The notes: a model not told the origin generated them from the sequence alone. A stretch of 63,871 nt of DNA, filler included, from Octopus bimaculoides (GCF_001194135.2; 5 parts of 4 records of this genome joined end to end with filler, not necessarily neighbours in it); one strand, 5' to 3'; positions 24,525 through 38,564 are shown, counted from the whole stretch's first letter. Translations and numbers: made by a program.

Positions 24525-24525
24525 G
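24310..24525. repeat. Compound tetranucleotide microsatellite (GACA/GACG/GATA/GATT)
   Basis: Direct inspection. Confidence 0.95.
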
Positions 24526-26036
24526 TTGATGTATATGAAAAACCAAAAATTTATAGGTGTTACTATAAATTTTGTGAAACAAATTCACCCCTGAGTCATT
24601 GTGATACTCCATTGTTCTGTGGTACTTTTATTTCCTTTAACCACTGTGGTACTTTTATTTCCTTCAACCTTTATAACAGAAAATATCTTTGACTTATCTG
24701 CAGACCATCGTCAAAATTAAATTTTTTTTTCTTCTAAAAACTTCTGTGATTCCTTTGCAGCTCCTTTTTTGACTGTTTGTACTTGTTCCGTCATTTCTTT
24801 GAGAAATACACTTCAAAGTTAATGCTTTTTTCCCAGTGATTTCCCAGACAACCTTCTTGCCAATTTACACATTTTCAACTTCATTTTATAGGCCACCTTA
24901 ATAAGGTCAGGTGTGTTCCTTTATAAAAACCCTCTGTCTTTTTTATTGCAGCTGCCATAAATTCCATATTGGTTCATAACCAATATTTTGTAATCAATAC
25001 TGTTTCTTCTATAATGATCTTGTAATTCTGTTTATCGAAACATTTTCCATAATTCAGAATCTAATTGGTTCTTTTCCTCTTGAACCGCTGCAAATAATAA
25101 TTCTTTGTTTTTTTTTCTTTTTTGAAACTTCTTCCATTTTCACACGATATTCTGTCAATAAGGATTCTAATATGGAGATTTCATGATCTAGCAGAACACC
25201 CTTTGGCTAAATTCTACAGAATTTGTAGAAATATTCTCCCCATTGGTTATATTTCCTGAACCAAACTGGGCTGAATGAGTTGTTGTGTAAAAGGAAACAT
25301 AATGTTTCTGTATGATTTTCCTGTTGTAAAATTATTCATCATTAGAGTCACATCGGCAAACGACTAATGAAACACACCAACATGATTGTATTATCATCAC
25401 ATGAGTCTATTCAAATCTACCCTGCTTTTTCTTTCTTTTGATCTTCTCTGATATCTATATTGGTCATCTGAATGGGGACGATTTTCATTCATCTGAGAAG
25501 ATTACATTTTGAAGGAAAATAAGATATTTTTCTTTGTACATTTTATGAAATTACTTTCTGTCATAAGCAATACATTCTATTTTCGATAAATAAAACCTTT
25601 TACACATAAACCTTTCATCACTTTTTTTTTTTGTTTTTCCCCAGAACATTCTAATGGCTTATTAGATTCATTTTTCTGTTGCTTTAACTAAAATATTTTT
25701 CAGTAAATTCTTGATTTTTTTCTCTCTGTTGATCATCTTTCTTAATTTTCATTTAAAATGGCCAGTTTCATTTTGATTATCTGGAGTTTTGTAAAGATGT
25801 CAAATCACTCTTTTTCTTCAATAGGTGTTAAAAAAGTAGAGATATTCTACTTAAATTACATGAAATAATAAAACAAATATTGATAAAGCTTCAATCAAAA
25901 CAAACTGTTTAGACAAGGACAAAACTGAAACGAATGAACAAAAACAGGAAATAGGGTTTTGAAAATAGATACAAAATGCATTTAAAATATTCAAAATAAA
26001 TTCCAATGACAATTGTGGTTTGTAGTTCAATTCTAC

Positions 26037-26800
26037 TACCATCATCATTGTTTAACGTTTGCTTTCCATGCTGGCATGGGTTGGACGGTTTGACTGAGGG
26101 CTGGCTCCAATCTGATCTGGCAAAGTTTCTACAGCTGGATGCCCTTCCTAACACCAACCACTCCTAGAGTGTAGTGGGTGCTTTTACATGCCACCGGCAT
26201 GAGGGCCAGTCAGGCAGTAGTGGCGTCAGCCACTCTCAAATGATGCTTTTTACGTGCCACCTGCACAGAAGCCAATCAGTGGCCCTGGCAACAATCACAC
26301 TCGGATGGTGCTTTTACCAATCTACTGGCATGGGTGCCAATCAGGCGGTACTGTCATTGGCCACAACAGTGATTTCACTTGCCTCAACAGATCTTCGCAA
26401 GCATAGTTTATTGTCCAGTAATCGAAGGGTACTCTTAAATGGGCTGGTTATACAGCACTGGCATAGGCCACAGTTATGATCTCACTTGGCTTGCTGGGTC
26501 TTCTCAAGCACGGCATATCTCTAAAGATCTTGGTCACTTGTCATTGCCTCGGTGAGGCCTAATGTTCAAAAGTCGTGCTTAACCACCTCATCCCAGGTCT
26601 TCCTGGGTCTACCTCTTCCACAGGTTCCCTCAACTGCTAGGCTGTGACACTTTTTCACACAGCTGTCCTCATTCATTCTCACCACATGACCATACCAGCA
26701 CAGTCGTCTCTCTTGCACACCACATCTGATGCTTCTTAAATCCAACTTTTCTCTCAGGGTGCTTACACTTTGTTGTGTATGCACACTGACATTACACATT
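26037..26800 (-). pseudogene. RTE LINE 3' end (RT C-terminus, 3' UTR, (GAT)n tail)
   Basis: LREKLDLRSIRCGVQERRLCWYGHVVRMNEDSCVKKC...RGRPRKTW. Confidence 0.9.
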
Positions 26801-26892
26801 CAGCGGAGCTGTATGGATGCTTTCAGATGAGGTCTTCTGTTGAGGCAGTGTGTTGTCTGGTAACATCTTGTGAGTAAAATTTAGTTGATAGA

Positions 26893-26992
26893 NNNNNNNN
26901 NNNNNNNNNNNNNNNNNNNNNNNNNNNNNNNNNNNNTTAATTAATTAANNNNNNNNNNNNNNNNNNNNNNNNNNNNNNNNNNNNNNNNNNNN
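26893..26992. other. Artificial contig linker N44-TTAATTAATTAA-N44 (also 44318-44417, 57693-57792, 61891-61990)
   Basis: An identical 100-nt block occurs four times; the 12-mer has stop codons in all six frames. Confidence 0.9.
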
Positions 26993-27199
26993 ATATACAT
27001 ATATACATATATACATATATACATATAAGTACATATAAGTACATATACACATATACATACATACACACATACATATACATACACATACCCATATACATAT
27101 ATACACACACATACACACATACATACACATATATACACACATTTTTCCACGTGTACCTATGCATATGTATATACACTTGCACATGTATATGAACAGATG

Positions 27200-27962
27200 T
27201 ACGAATAAGTAAATAGAGCAATAGCAGAAATAAAAATACTAAAACCCAGACCTTAATACCCGGTCATAACAAAGTTCTGCTATAGGAGAAATAAACATTG
27301 AAATTATCTAAACCAAAAGTAAGTATGTTTGCGAACGTGAACACATCTGAACCCATTATATGTTAGTTTATTAATTAGTTTATGCTTAGAAAATAGAATA
27401 AAAAACAACTCAAAATTGCACAAGTTGCAATACCTCCTACCCTTATCGTATGGGAAAAATCCCTCCCTATAATAGACCATTCTAACGAAAAGTTCTTATG
27501 TTGTTCTTTTAACCCCCAAACAAACCTACTAAGACTAGTACTAGCTATTTTACTCCTATCTCTAAACGTATTAAAGTGACAAGAAATTCTCCTACAAATC
27601 TTATTCGAAGAACAACCCACATAAACATTAACATCTGTATTACTCTTAACCTTACACTGATACACTATATTCCTTAATCTCACGTTCGGACCCTCAAACT
27701 TTAACCTCCTGGGATTAATCTCAGTTACCCCAATCTTAGAACCTATAATATTATTACCTAAGCGAGGGTCCTTATTTAGAGCTTCATTATAAAAAGGAGC
27801 TTCATTAACGAAAACAACACGATTAGTTGATAACTTAGAAAGCCTAATCGAAATATTCCTAACTAAATTACCAATAATACTTCTAGGGTGGTTACTCCAT
27901 CTACTTATATATTTCAAATTTGTAGACGGTTTATTGTACGGTCTATACGTATCGTTTTTTAT
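27200..27962 (-). mobile_element. Penelope-like element 3' portion (RT thumb to GIY-YIG), inverted and internally deleted
   Basis: IKNDTYRPYNKP...NEAPFYNEAL|NKDP...RNIVYQC...VYVGCSS...RISCHFNTF; reverse-complement match to the plus-strand copy. Confidence 0.9.
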
Positions 27963-29048
27963 GCTTCTATTAACCCTAGCGCACTTAATAAGGCTCTTTG
28001 GTTCTTCCATAACAAGGCAGNNNNNNNNNNATTATTTAGATGTGACACTTGATATAAAAAACGATACGTATAGACCGTACAATAAACCGTCTACTAATTT
28101 GAAATATATAAGTAGCTGGAGTAACCGCCCTAGAAGTATTATTGATAATTTAGTTAGACTATTTCGATTAGGCTTTCTAAGTTATCAACTAATCGTGTTG
28201 TTTTCGTTAATGAAGCTCCTTTTTATAATGAAGCTCTAAATAGGGCTGGTTTTAAAGATAAGGTTTATTATGTTGAACCTGAATCTGGTGAGGTTAGAGT
28301 AGATAGGGATGCTAGGAATAATAAGCTTAGGTTGGTTAGGAGTAATAATAATAAAATAATTTATGATCATATATATCATCGTAATAATGTCATGCGTAAT
28401 TCTAAATGTTTTAGGTATTTTGCAATGATGGTCATCTTTGGTTTATTTTACCATTTGATAAAAATGTTAAGTCGAATTTGGTAGCTCAGTTTAGGGAGGT
28501 AATTAGTAAGCATTTCCCTGAAAATTCGCGTTACGGTAAAATTATTAATACGCATAGAGTTAGGTTTGGTTGTTTCCAATACTAAGAACCTAGAGCAGAT
28601 TATTGCAGCACATAATTCTAAAGTTCTTAAGACAGGTATCAATGGAATGAATAGGGATAAGGACCCTCACTTAGGTAATAATATTATAGGTTCTAAGATT
28701 GGGGTAACTGAGATTAATCCCAGGATGTTAAAGTTTGAGGGTCCGAACGTGAGATTAAGGAATATAGTGTATCAGTGTAAGGTTAAGAGTAATACAGATG
28801 TTAGTGTTTATGTGGGTTGTTCTTCGGATAAGATTTGTCGGAGAATTTCTTGTCACTTTAATACGTTTAGAGATAGGAGTAAAATAGCTAGTACTAGTCT
28901 TAGTAGGTTTATTTGGGGGTTAAAAGAACAAAATAAGAACTTTTCGTTAGAATGGTCTATTATAGGGAGGATTTTCCCATACGATAAGGGTAGAGGGTAT
29001 TGCAACTTGTGCAATTTTGAGTTGTTTTTTATTCTATTTTCTAAGCAT
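27963..29048 (+). mobile_element. Penelope-like element RT and GIY-YIG fragment
   Basis: ASINPSALNKALWFF [10-N gap] YLDVTLD...NIVYQCKV...VYVGCSS...SLSRFIWGLK...LEWSII...CNLCNFELFFILF. Confidence 0.9.
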
Positions 29049-29826
29049 ANNNNNNNNNNNNNNNNNNNNNNNNNNNNNNNNNNNNNNNNNNNNNNNNNNN
29101 NNNNNNNNNNNNNNNNNNNNNNNNNNNNNNNNNNNNNNNNNNNNNNNNNNNNNNNNNNNNNNNNNNNNNNNNNNNNNNNNNNNNNNNNNNNNNNNNNNNN
29201 NNNNNNNNNNNNNNNNNNNNNNNNNNNNNNNNNNNNNNNNNNNNNNNNNNNNNNNNNNNNNNNNNNNNNNNNNNNNNNNNNNNNNNNNNNNNNNNNNNNN
29301 NNNNNNNNNNNNNNNNNNNNNNNNNNNNNNNNNNNNNNNNNNNNNNNNNNNNNNNNNNNNNNNNNNNNNNNNNNNNNNNNNNNNNNNNNNNNNNNNNNNN
29401 NNNNNNNNNNNNNNNNNNNNNNNNNNNNNNNNNNNNNNNNNNNNNNNNNNNNNNNNNNNNNNNNNNNNNNNNNNNNNNNNNNNNNNNNNNNNNNNNNNNN
29501 NNNNNNNNNNNNNNNNNNNNNNNNNNNNNNNNNNNNNNNNNNNNNNNNNNNNNNNNNNNNNNNNNNNNNNNNNNNNNNNNNNNNNNNNNNNNNNNNNNNN
29601 NNNNNNNNNNNNNNNNNNNNNNNNNNNNNNNNNNNNNNNNNNNNNNNNNNNNNNNNNNNNNNNNNNNNNNNNNNNNNNNNNNNNNNNNNNNNNNNNNNNN
29701 NNNNNNNNNNNNNNNNNNNNNNNNNNNNNNNNNNNNNNNNNNNNNNNNNNNNNNNNNNNNNNNNNNNNNNNNNNNNNNNNNNNNNNNNNNNNNNNNNNNN
29801 NNNNNNNNNNNNNNNNNNNNNNNNNN

Positions 29827-29870
<44 letters not shown>

Positions 29871-30116
29871 GCACGGACACACACACACGCTCACAAACAC
29901 AGACAAATATACACACATATATACATATTTACCGACAGGAACAATAAATACTACTCAAAGCAAAATGCATGCTTTTGTGCATAGACAGATAGACAAATAT
30001 ATACACAAGTATAGTCTTATCATTCTACAGACAACAGCATACACAATTTCTCACGTGTATTTATACTTGCAGGTCCATACATATATATGTTGACAAGTAT
30101 GTATACTCTTTTACAC

Positions 30117-30314
30117 TTTTACTTGTTTCATTTATTTGACTACAGTCATGCTGGAGTACCGCCTTTAGTCGCGGAAATCGACCCCAGGACCTATTCTTTG
30201 TAAGCTTAGTACTTGTTCTATCGGTAACTTTTGCCAAACCGCTATGTTACGGAGAAGTATACACACCACTATCGGTTGTCAAACGATGTTGGTGGGGGGA
30301 ACACACACAAACAC

Positions 30315-30320
<6 letters not shown>
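30117..30320 (-). mobile_element. SINE family D, 3' half
   Basis: Matches 5733-5935. Confidence 0.8.
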
Positions 30321-30357
<37 letters not shown>

Positions 30358-32289
30358 NNNNNNNNNNNNNNNNNNNNNNNNNNNNNNNNNNNNNNNNNNN
30401 NNNNNNNNNNNNNNNNNNNNNNNNNNNNNNNNNNNNNNNNNNNNNNNNNNNNNNNNNNNNNNNNNNNNNNNNNNNNNNNNNNNNNNNNNNNNNNNNNNNN
30501 NNNNNNNNNNNNNNNNNNNNNNNNNNNNNNNNNNNNNNNNNNNNNNNNNNNNNNNNNNNNNNNNNNNNNNNNNNNNNNNNNNNNNNNNNNNNNNNNNNNN
30601 NNNNNNNNNNNNNNNNNNNNNNNNNNNNNNNNNNNNNNNNNNNNNNNNNNNNNNNNNNNNNNNNNNNNNNNNNNNNNNNNNNNNNNNNNNNNNNNNNNNN
30701 NNNNNNNNNNNNNNNNNNNNNNNNNNNNNNNNNNNNNNNNNNNNNNNNNNNNNNNNNNNNNNNNNNNNNNNNNNNNNNNNNNNNNNNNNNNNNNNNNNNN
30801 NNNNNNNNNNNNNNNNNNNNNNNNNNNNNNNNNNNNNNNNNNNNNNNNNNNNNNNNNNNNNNNNNNNNNNNNNNNNNNNNNNNNNNNNNNNNNNNNNNNN
30901 NNNNNNNNNNNNNNNNNNNNNNNNNNNNNNNNNNNNNNNNNNNNNNNNNNNNNNNNNNNNNNNNNNNNNNNNNNNNNNNNNNNNNNNNNNNNNNNNNNNN
31001 NNNNNNNNNNNNNNNNNNNNNNNNNNNNNNNNNNNNNNNNNNNNNNNNNNNNNNNNNNNNNNNNNNNNNNNNNNNNNNNNNNNNNNNNNNNNNNNNNNNN
31101 NNATATATATATATATAATTCATGTATTTAAGTGTTATTATCAATCATTTTCAGTCGTTATGATGTTTTTCGTTCTCAAATAAATTCACCATCTATATAC
31201 TTCAGAACAATAATCTCGTATACCTTTCACCAGTCCGTACATTATGCATAGTTATGATTGATCACGTTAGCCACTTTTTTGTCTATAATTTCTCCACTGG
31301 CAATGGATAGTATGGAAATTGATCGACATAACTGTCGCGCCAAAACGGATACTAATTGATATTTTTCAAGATGACAATAATGATTGATTATATAATTTTC
31401 TTAATAATACATAAATGTAATTTGATAGGAAACAGCCATCTGTATTTTCCGTTACTTAGTGTGATCTGGCACTTTATCTCACACATTATTGTTGCTTATG
31501 AAACATCTAAATTTAAGCTTTGCATTTAACACATTAAGTAACAATTCTTCTCTCAAAGTGTAAGTGTGTAGTATCTATAGACATATGTCTGTGATTGAAT
31601 ACTATTTTATTATTGTAACTATAATGATATTATTAGTATTTACAAATGACACAAGTCTTCCTTTACTGTGTAACAAGTCTTCGCCATGAATAAAATAGTT
31701 CGATGAAAATGGGATTGCCCTTTGAATCGTAATATGCATAACTAGTTTTGTTTTTCATTTTTCGGACTCATTTTCCATTACCTATGTTGAGTGGAAATAA
31801 TTTCAAGGCATTTCCATTCTTATCGAATCTACATAATGATGAATATGTCGTTTATTTATATTATAACGAGGGAATAGTCCGTTTTGCAGATTCTATGATT
31901 ATTCCGTGGTTGGTTTTATGTATTTACAACACACCAAGTTCCAAAACCGATAATGTAATATATACAAATATATACATGATGAGATAAGCGTAAGAATTTC
32001 GTTGAACGGAATAGTTTCTTCGGGATTCTCGCAAGTGAAAACAATGTTAACCAATATGCATACAGAAATATATAAAGTAAAATATTTAAATAAAGAAATA
32101 ATCATTTCTGTTATTAAGAGTATTAATTTGGTGACTCTGATTTTAGCAAGTAGTATTGTATACCCTACTGAATCTGGATCAAAATATATATATTTGAGAC
32201 AAGAAAGTAAATTTCGAACGCAATATAGCCTTGAAAAGGGTAGAAATTTGGGTTATTTTAACCCTTATAAGACGAAAAAAAATTTGTAA

Positions 32290-32366
32290 GCAGATAGCTA
32301 CGGGACTCGAACCTGTATACCTCAGATACCGGATGAGCACTTCTACATTAAACCAAATGGTGCCTC
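32290..32366 (-). pseudogene. tRNA-like sequence (SINE head or tRNA pseudogene)
   Basis: B-box ggttcgagtcc and A-box-like tggtttaatg are present; the acceptor stem does not pair. Confidence 0.45.
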
Positions 32367-32574
32367 AAACTAAGCGCCAAATTAAAATAGATTTTGGAAA
32401 TTAACAATATTTTGTGAACAAGCTTTGCAAGCATCGAATGTATTTTGTATTTCAGGGACAAGAAGGAAAATTTTGAACGTAGTATCTGTATATATATGAA
32501 CACATTATCTGAAATGGTGGAGTGGGGGGAAAAAAAGAGACTCAAATGCATACACACATATATGTATAAAGATA

Positions 32575-32740
32575 TATACGATATGTTTTCTTTCAATATC
32601 CTTCCACAAACCGACTCACAAGGCTTTGGTCGGCCCGAGATTGTAGTAGAAGACACCTGCCCCACGTGATGTGCAGTGGGACTGAACCTGGGCCAATGTT
32701 TTTTGGAAGTAAGCTTTTTACTACATAGACATGCCACATA
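32575..32740 (-). mobile_element. tRNA-headed SINE 5' half (same family as 4262 and 47925)
   Basis: Reverse complement has ccaggttcagtcccactgc...ggcaggtgtcttctactac...ccgaccaaagccttgtgagt. Confidence 0.7.
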
Positions 32741-35044
32741 TATTTGTGTGTGTTTGTGTGTGTATGCATGTGTGTGTGTGTGTGTGTCTGTGTGTGACGT
32801 GTTATATGCAAAGAATATCGAAAAAATAGGTAAATAAAATGAAAGCAGTAAATAAATTTCCGGTTTTATATAGAAGACTAAAATTACAGATTAAAATCGG
32901 AATACTAACATAGAGCTCTCAATATTCATCTGTTAGTGTTTCTGTCGCGCATATGTGTATTTGTGTATGTATGTGTGTCTGTTTGTGTGTGTGTGTTGTG
33001 AGCGTGCGCGTGCGCGCGCGCGTGTGTGTATGTATGTGTGTGCGCGCGAGTGTTGTCGATATATATGTTTATATACGTGTCTGGGTATATGAACTGACTG
33101 GGGATTCTTTGCTGACTTGCCTAATGAACTATATTTCATAGACGTTTTATTTACTTCGAGCAATTTTTCATGCTCAGTTGTTTCGATAAATGTATTAAAA
33201 GTGTTAACTTGAAAGTTATGCAACTTCACAGATAGGATTGCTTTTACAATTTGACTATATAAATTAACATTAAGAATAGAATTATACTTTATCATTTGCC
33301 GAAGGGATACATACCAATGATATTAAAGAGATAAAAGGAAACACAAGAGACATTTCTATAAATTTGGAGTCTGTTTTTTTAAAAGTAATATTAATGAATA
33401 TTTATGAAGCATTTAACCTACATAGGCACAACTAAATTTACAGTCTGCATTTCATAACGCTTATCAATAACCTGATATTGAAGTTGAATATAACATTACT
33501 ATATATATATACACTGCGTGTGAGTATATATGTGCATGTGTTTGTATGTGTGTGTCTGTTTACTCCTGTGGTTTTTTTCCTATATGATTATTTGTGCACC
33601 AATGAAAAATAGATTATTAAAGGTGTCAAAGCGAGACATAGACAAGTTTTATCCTATTGCTTTATCGTAATAGAGAAACTGCAGACAGTGTATCCATTCG
33701 GTTAGTAGACTTAAATATGAGTAACCATGGGCGCTTTTAATCAAGGTGTCTATGGGATATAAAAACAAAAAGCAGTATATATTATCTGAAATTTAATAAG
33801 ACACAGACAGAGCCTCAAATTTTATTATCCCGTAATGAAATCTGTGAACGAAAATTAAGAAAATAAGTGTATCGATCTGCGTTAACTTAAATTTGAATTA
33901 ACGAAAAATTACTATAGCCAGGCGATTCGTTCCCTTCCACAAATACAGCGTTTTTCTTTCGGTCTGTTTGCCTCGTAAGCAAAATTTTGTTCGGATATGA
34001 ATGATCTTATTGATTAGAGTTTGCTAGTTCTCCTGCCGAATATGCGCCAATTCAAATTGAGGAGGTCTTATATAAACGTCAATCTGTTACTTAGTGCAGT
34101 CATGAAAAAATAGTCAATTTATATCAATAGAAGGTGATGCATCAGTTGTAAATGAAGAAATGTATCTTTCTACTGTTTTTAGTATTTAGCTGTTGGCTGT
34201 TGGCAGTGATAAAATATGGTGTTTGTGTCTATTTTTGTTCGACAATTTAATTAATAGACACGTTTGAGATTAAACAAAATCGTTTATCGGTTGCCATGTT
34301 AGTCTGGTTTTATCAGATCAATATTTGCTTGTTGATGGTTTGTATTGAACACACCTTGTGTAACAACTGCAAAGTAGAATTTTAAACAAGGAATTAATGT
34401 TCAACACAGATGGCAACAGTACAGCTGGGCATCAGCATTCAAAAATATATTTCTAAAGGAAAATATTACACTGACTTATTTTGTACACATTTATTTCGTA
34501 TACAAATGACGTTTAAGCAGTATAACAATGAAATAGTTTTCTATCTGCCCGGCGTACACAGCAACATATACGAGGCCACAAAGCAGTCAATCAAAAGAAA
34601 CCAGCATTTTACTAGTACTTACTTTATCGACGTAGAGAAAATTAAATAGAAAGTTTTCGTAATGCATTTTATAGATTTCTAGTTTCTCTGTCAATATTCT
34701 TAAATTCTTTTTAGTTCCTATTTATTGAGTTGGAACGGCAATATATCACTTGCTATGCTTGTAAGTAGAAACACATATAGGCCCTTGCGATGATTTAATG
34801 CTCCTGTTTTGCCTATAATATGTATTTCATTCAAGTATAGGCACAGCATATAAAATATTATGCCTATAGTTGAATGCGTTTACCCTTAGATTTCGACTAA
34901 TACTTACGAAAATCTCGAAAAGATGAAAGTCAAAACTAACTTTGGCAGCATTTGAACTCGGAAAGTAAAAAAAAAAAACCAAGAAATAATCCTGTTAAGC
35001 GTGTTTAATGCTTTATTTCTGGTCTCAATTATTATTTTGTTCTT

Positions 35045-35440
35045 GCAAGAAACGTTAGCACGCCGGGCGAAATACTTAGCGGTATTTCGTCTGCCGCTAC
35101 GTTCTGAGTTCAAATTCCGCCGAGGTCGACTTTGCCTTTCATCCTTTCGGGGTCGATTAAATAAATACCAGTTACGCACTGGGGTCGATATAATCGACTT
35201 AATCTGTTTGTCTGTCCTTGTTTGTCTCCTCTGTGTATAACCCTTTGTGGGCAGTAAAGAAATAGGTATTTCGTCTGGCGTTACGTTCTGAGTTCAAATT
35301 CCTCCAAGGTCGACTTTTCCTTTCATCGTTTCAGGGTTGATTAAATAAGTACCGATTACGCACTGGGATCGACGCAATCGACTTAATCCCTTTATCTGTC
35401 CTTGTTTACCCCCTCTATGTTTAGCCCCTGCGGGCAATAT
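35045..35440 (+). mobile_element. Two tandem SINE family A copies, CpG-rich (young or unmethylated)
   Basis: gttagcacgccgggcgaaatacttagcggtatttcgtctgccgctacgttctgagttcaaattccgccgaggtcgac; the second copy starts at about 35266. Confidence 0.85.
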
Positions 35441-35699
35441 ATTAATAAATAAATATTATTTTGACTTGAATTATTATGGGTCCATAGGTGTTTCAGGACT
35501 TATATCTGCATTATTAATTTTTGTTCATCATTTGAATGACCATTCCCTTTTATGCAGCTTCACATTAAATTGTTTTTTTCATTAAGAATTGCAGGCCAAA
35601 GCATCACTGAATGTTCCCCTAAAATTTCTCATTCTCGAGTAATCACTAAAACATTTTGTCTACTTATTGAGGACTAACCGCTTATGTAATCCTCCCTAC

Positions 35700-36210
35700 T
35701 TGCGACGAGGGCGTGTGAACAGGGGAATGATTGGACATTGTTTTTAACACTAGCAGCCTCGTCTTAAAACATGCTTTTTAAACGGGTTTGTTAATCCGAA
35801 TGGATATATATGGACGTGAATAATTTCAAAGATGTATACACCAGTTTGTGTGTTGCAGTTTTATCGTAACCTTGTTTGCCGAAGAAAATAAATGCGGTAT
35901 GTTAGCCTTACTGTTAGAAAGTCGGTGTCTTGGTAATGATTTCCTTCCTCCTTGATGTCGAGGCCGAAGATTTGGTTGATTTGTAAGTTCCATTTTTGTC
36001 AAACGCCAAATCACTTTGGCTTGATTTATGTAAGTGTCATGACACTAGACGTTTGCCGGATGTGAAAATTTATATTCATTGCTTTTCAGGTTGTAAAGTT
36101 ATATATTTCTTGCAAGTACTTAAGCACCTGCTTGCGTATGAAAATCAGCTATGTTTTTGTTATGGTTCTTGTCGTTTCTGCTGTGCCTCAGAATATCAGC
36201 TAACCTGAGT
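35700..36210 (+). promoter_or_regulatory. Candidate promoter / 5' exon region
   Basis: gggcgtg GC-box-like motif and reverse CCAAT (tgattgg) at about 35718-35735; GTAAGT donors at 35983 and 36030; ttgcttttcag acceptor ending at 36089. Motif-level evidence only. Confidence 0.25.
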
Positions 36211-38526
36211 ACAAGCTGTTAACAGAGGCGTTCCATCTTCGGCCATCCTGTCGTTGTAGTGATATCTCTATGGACATTATACAAAACTACTTTTTGTTTC
36301 TTTTTAAATAAATTTTTAGAGATATGAAAGCTAAGATGACACTCTGAAGCGAGTGTGACAGGAAAGCTTGAACTATATATTCCTTGCTTCTTCGAGGACA
36401 TATGTTGCCAGTAAGAGACAAAGAAACACGATATTCCGAAGTATCCCCTTGGATAATCATAGTATGTTCATCTGTGAGAGAAGCAATTTCACCAGGCCTC
36501 TCCAGCTTGTCATTTGCTGCTCAGTAGACGAGATCATCATGATATAAAATACATTGCTCCAACATAGATTGTGCTGTCTAGTTCAGGTATCAAAATTCAA
36601 CCTTGAGATCACGAGCACACAGTTGTACATCTTAAGCTTCATACCTTCACATCTGGGATACAACCGTGCTGTTTGTTGAGTCAATTTTCAGACAGGCATG
36701 TGTTCATATATCAAGGATGGAATAATAAAAAAACAATAATAATAATTTTTATTTTCTCCTCTTCATTTGTGTTGTTGAAGGCGAGATGCAAATCTCTTGG
36801 AGACTGGCTGTTGTCTGCTTTGACATAAATTAATATACAAAACAGATTGAAGATGTGTTCGGTTGAATAACCGAAGGAATAGAAAGAGCTCATGTTCGTG
36901 CTTTTCTTTTTCTAACAAGAGAGAAGGCTCACTCAGAATTATTGTGATATTGGTCGCTATATATATTACATATGCGATTTACGTAGTGATCTTGATGCAG
37001 TAATCGAAATATAAGATATTTTTGTGAAAATATGTCAACACGTTGAATATGAGGCAGTAAAAGGGTCAGAAGAAATACGCTGTGAAGCAAAATGAACGGT
37101 TAGTGGACATTGGTTTTTGCCGTTGGTTTATTTGGCTCCAGCTCAACTATAATCTTATAGAAGAGGGAAGAATATAATGTAACGGTGACAAGCTTGGTTT
37201 TTTGTTAGGTTATTTTTTTATCGTGTTTCGCGTTTAGGGCAGATAAGATCACGTTATCAAACCAGTATGTTTTGAAGAATTTAGACGTGGTATGATGGCG
37301 ATATGGCAAATATTTCTCACAGGTCAATGAACAACGTGCAAAAACCTAGGATGTCACATGAGTAGGAAGTGATAAGATCAGTCAAGTATGAAATCGAAAA
37401 AAAAAAAATGAAATCAGAGGAAAAATAACTGATGGATTACATACACGCACAAGTACACTAACACACCCCGCTTTCAAAAGCGTGCGCAATACAAAGAATA
37501 ATTGCATTGTAAAAGAGAACGAATATGCAGTGGGGATGCAGAAGATTGGTGATCAGAGGCGATTATTGAGATTTTTCTGCAATATTTAGATCTAGAATCG
37601 GTGGAATCTAATATAATCTGTAAGTAGCACACAATGTTTTTCAGCACATTCACCATAACTGGGCAGGATGTAAATTAAATTAAATATACAAAGTCATACT
37701 ATATATTGTTTAGTTTAAGTTCTCATATATATTTCAATACCTTTGATAGAGAATTGTGGTACGTATTACGTTTGTTTGATTCTATTTTAACTTATTGCGA
37801 TATATAATAAATTGATGGAGCAATTTTGTATTCAAGATTTTTCGTTGATCCTCGTAGTAAATCTTAATGAATCGTACTTATTCATTTTGATTATGGTGAT
37901 GTTCGTGGGATCTCATTAAATTCAATGCCATTCCTTTTATCCGAGTCGATTGATTAATGCACATTGCCCGCTTACATCAGTATGTGTTATTAGCTTCATT
38001 ATATTCCTGAAGTCACGTTGCTATCACAGCGGATGCAGTTATTATTATAGAAAATTTATATTAAAATCCGTGGAAAAGTTCAAATATATTCATCTTAACA
38101 ACACCCTCTTCATAGCGTATTGTTGATGGTGACCAAAAATTCGTCGAACCTCAGTGTTCTTTTAACTCGTGTTCTTAGTTAATAGCAATACTAGTTAACG
38201 ATTCATTTCCATAAATTAAAATTGTCGAATAGACAGGGATCTGGTGGGATATATCCAGTGAGTTCTATTAAAATATATACCTGTGCCGTTTCATTTCATT
38301 TAACATGTGTGTGTAATTGTTTCTGCTGGTATTCTAATCAATTTAGATGAAGTATTATAGTATCATTAATCCACTGTATATTCTTAGCATAAAAGTTTTA
38401 CATTGCACCAAGGAAAGAAAACTATATTGTTATTAAATCTTAGAGTTACCTTCGTCGTTATTTATTGGCATTTTGGTTGCATTTTGCATTTTAAAGTTTA
38501 TGAGCTAAGAGCCTAGAGAGCGAATG

Positions 38527-38564
<38 letters not shown>

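Noticed and set aside
32290-32366. Functional tRNA gene
   Set aside because: The acceptor stem does not pair and the anticodon arm is imperfect; kept only as tRNA-like.
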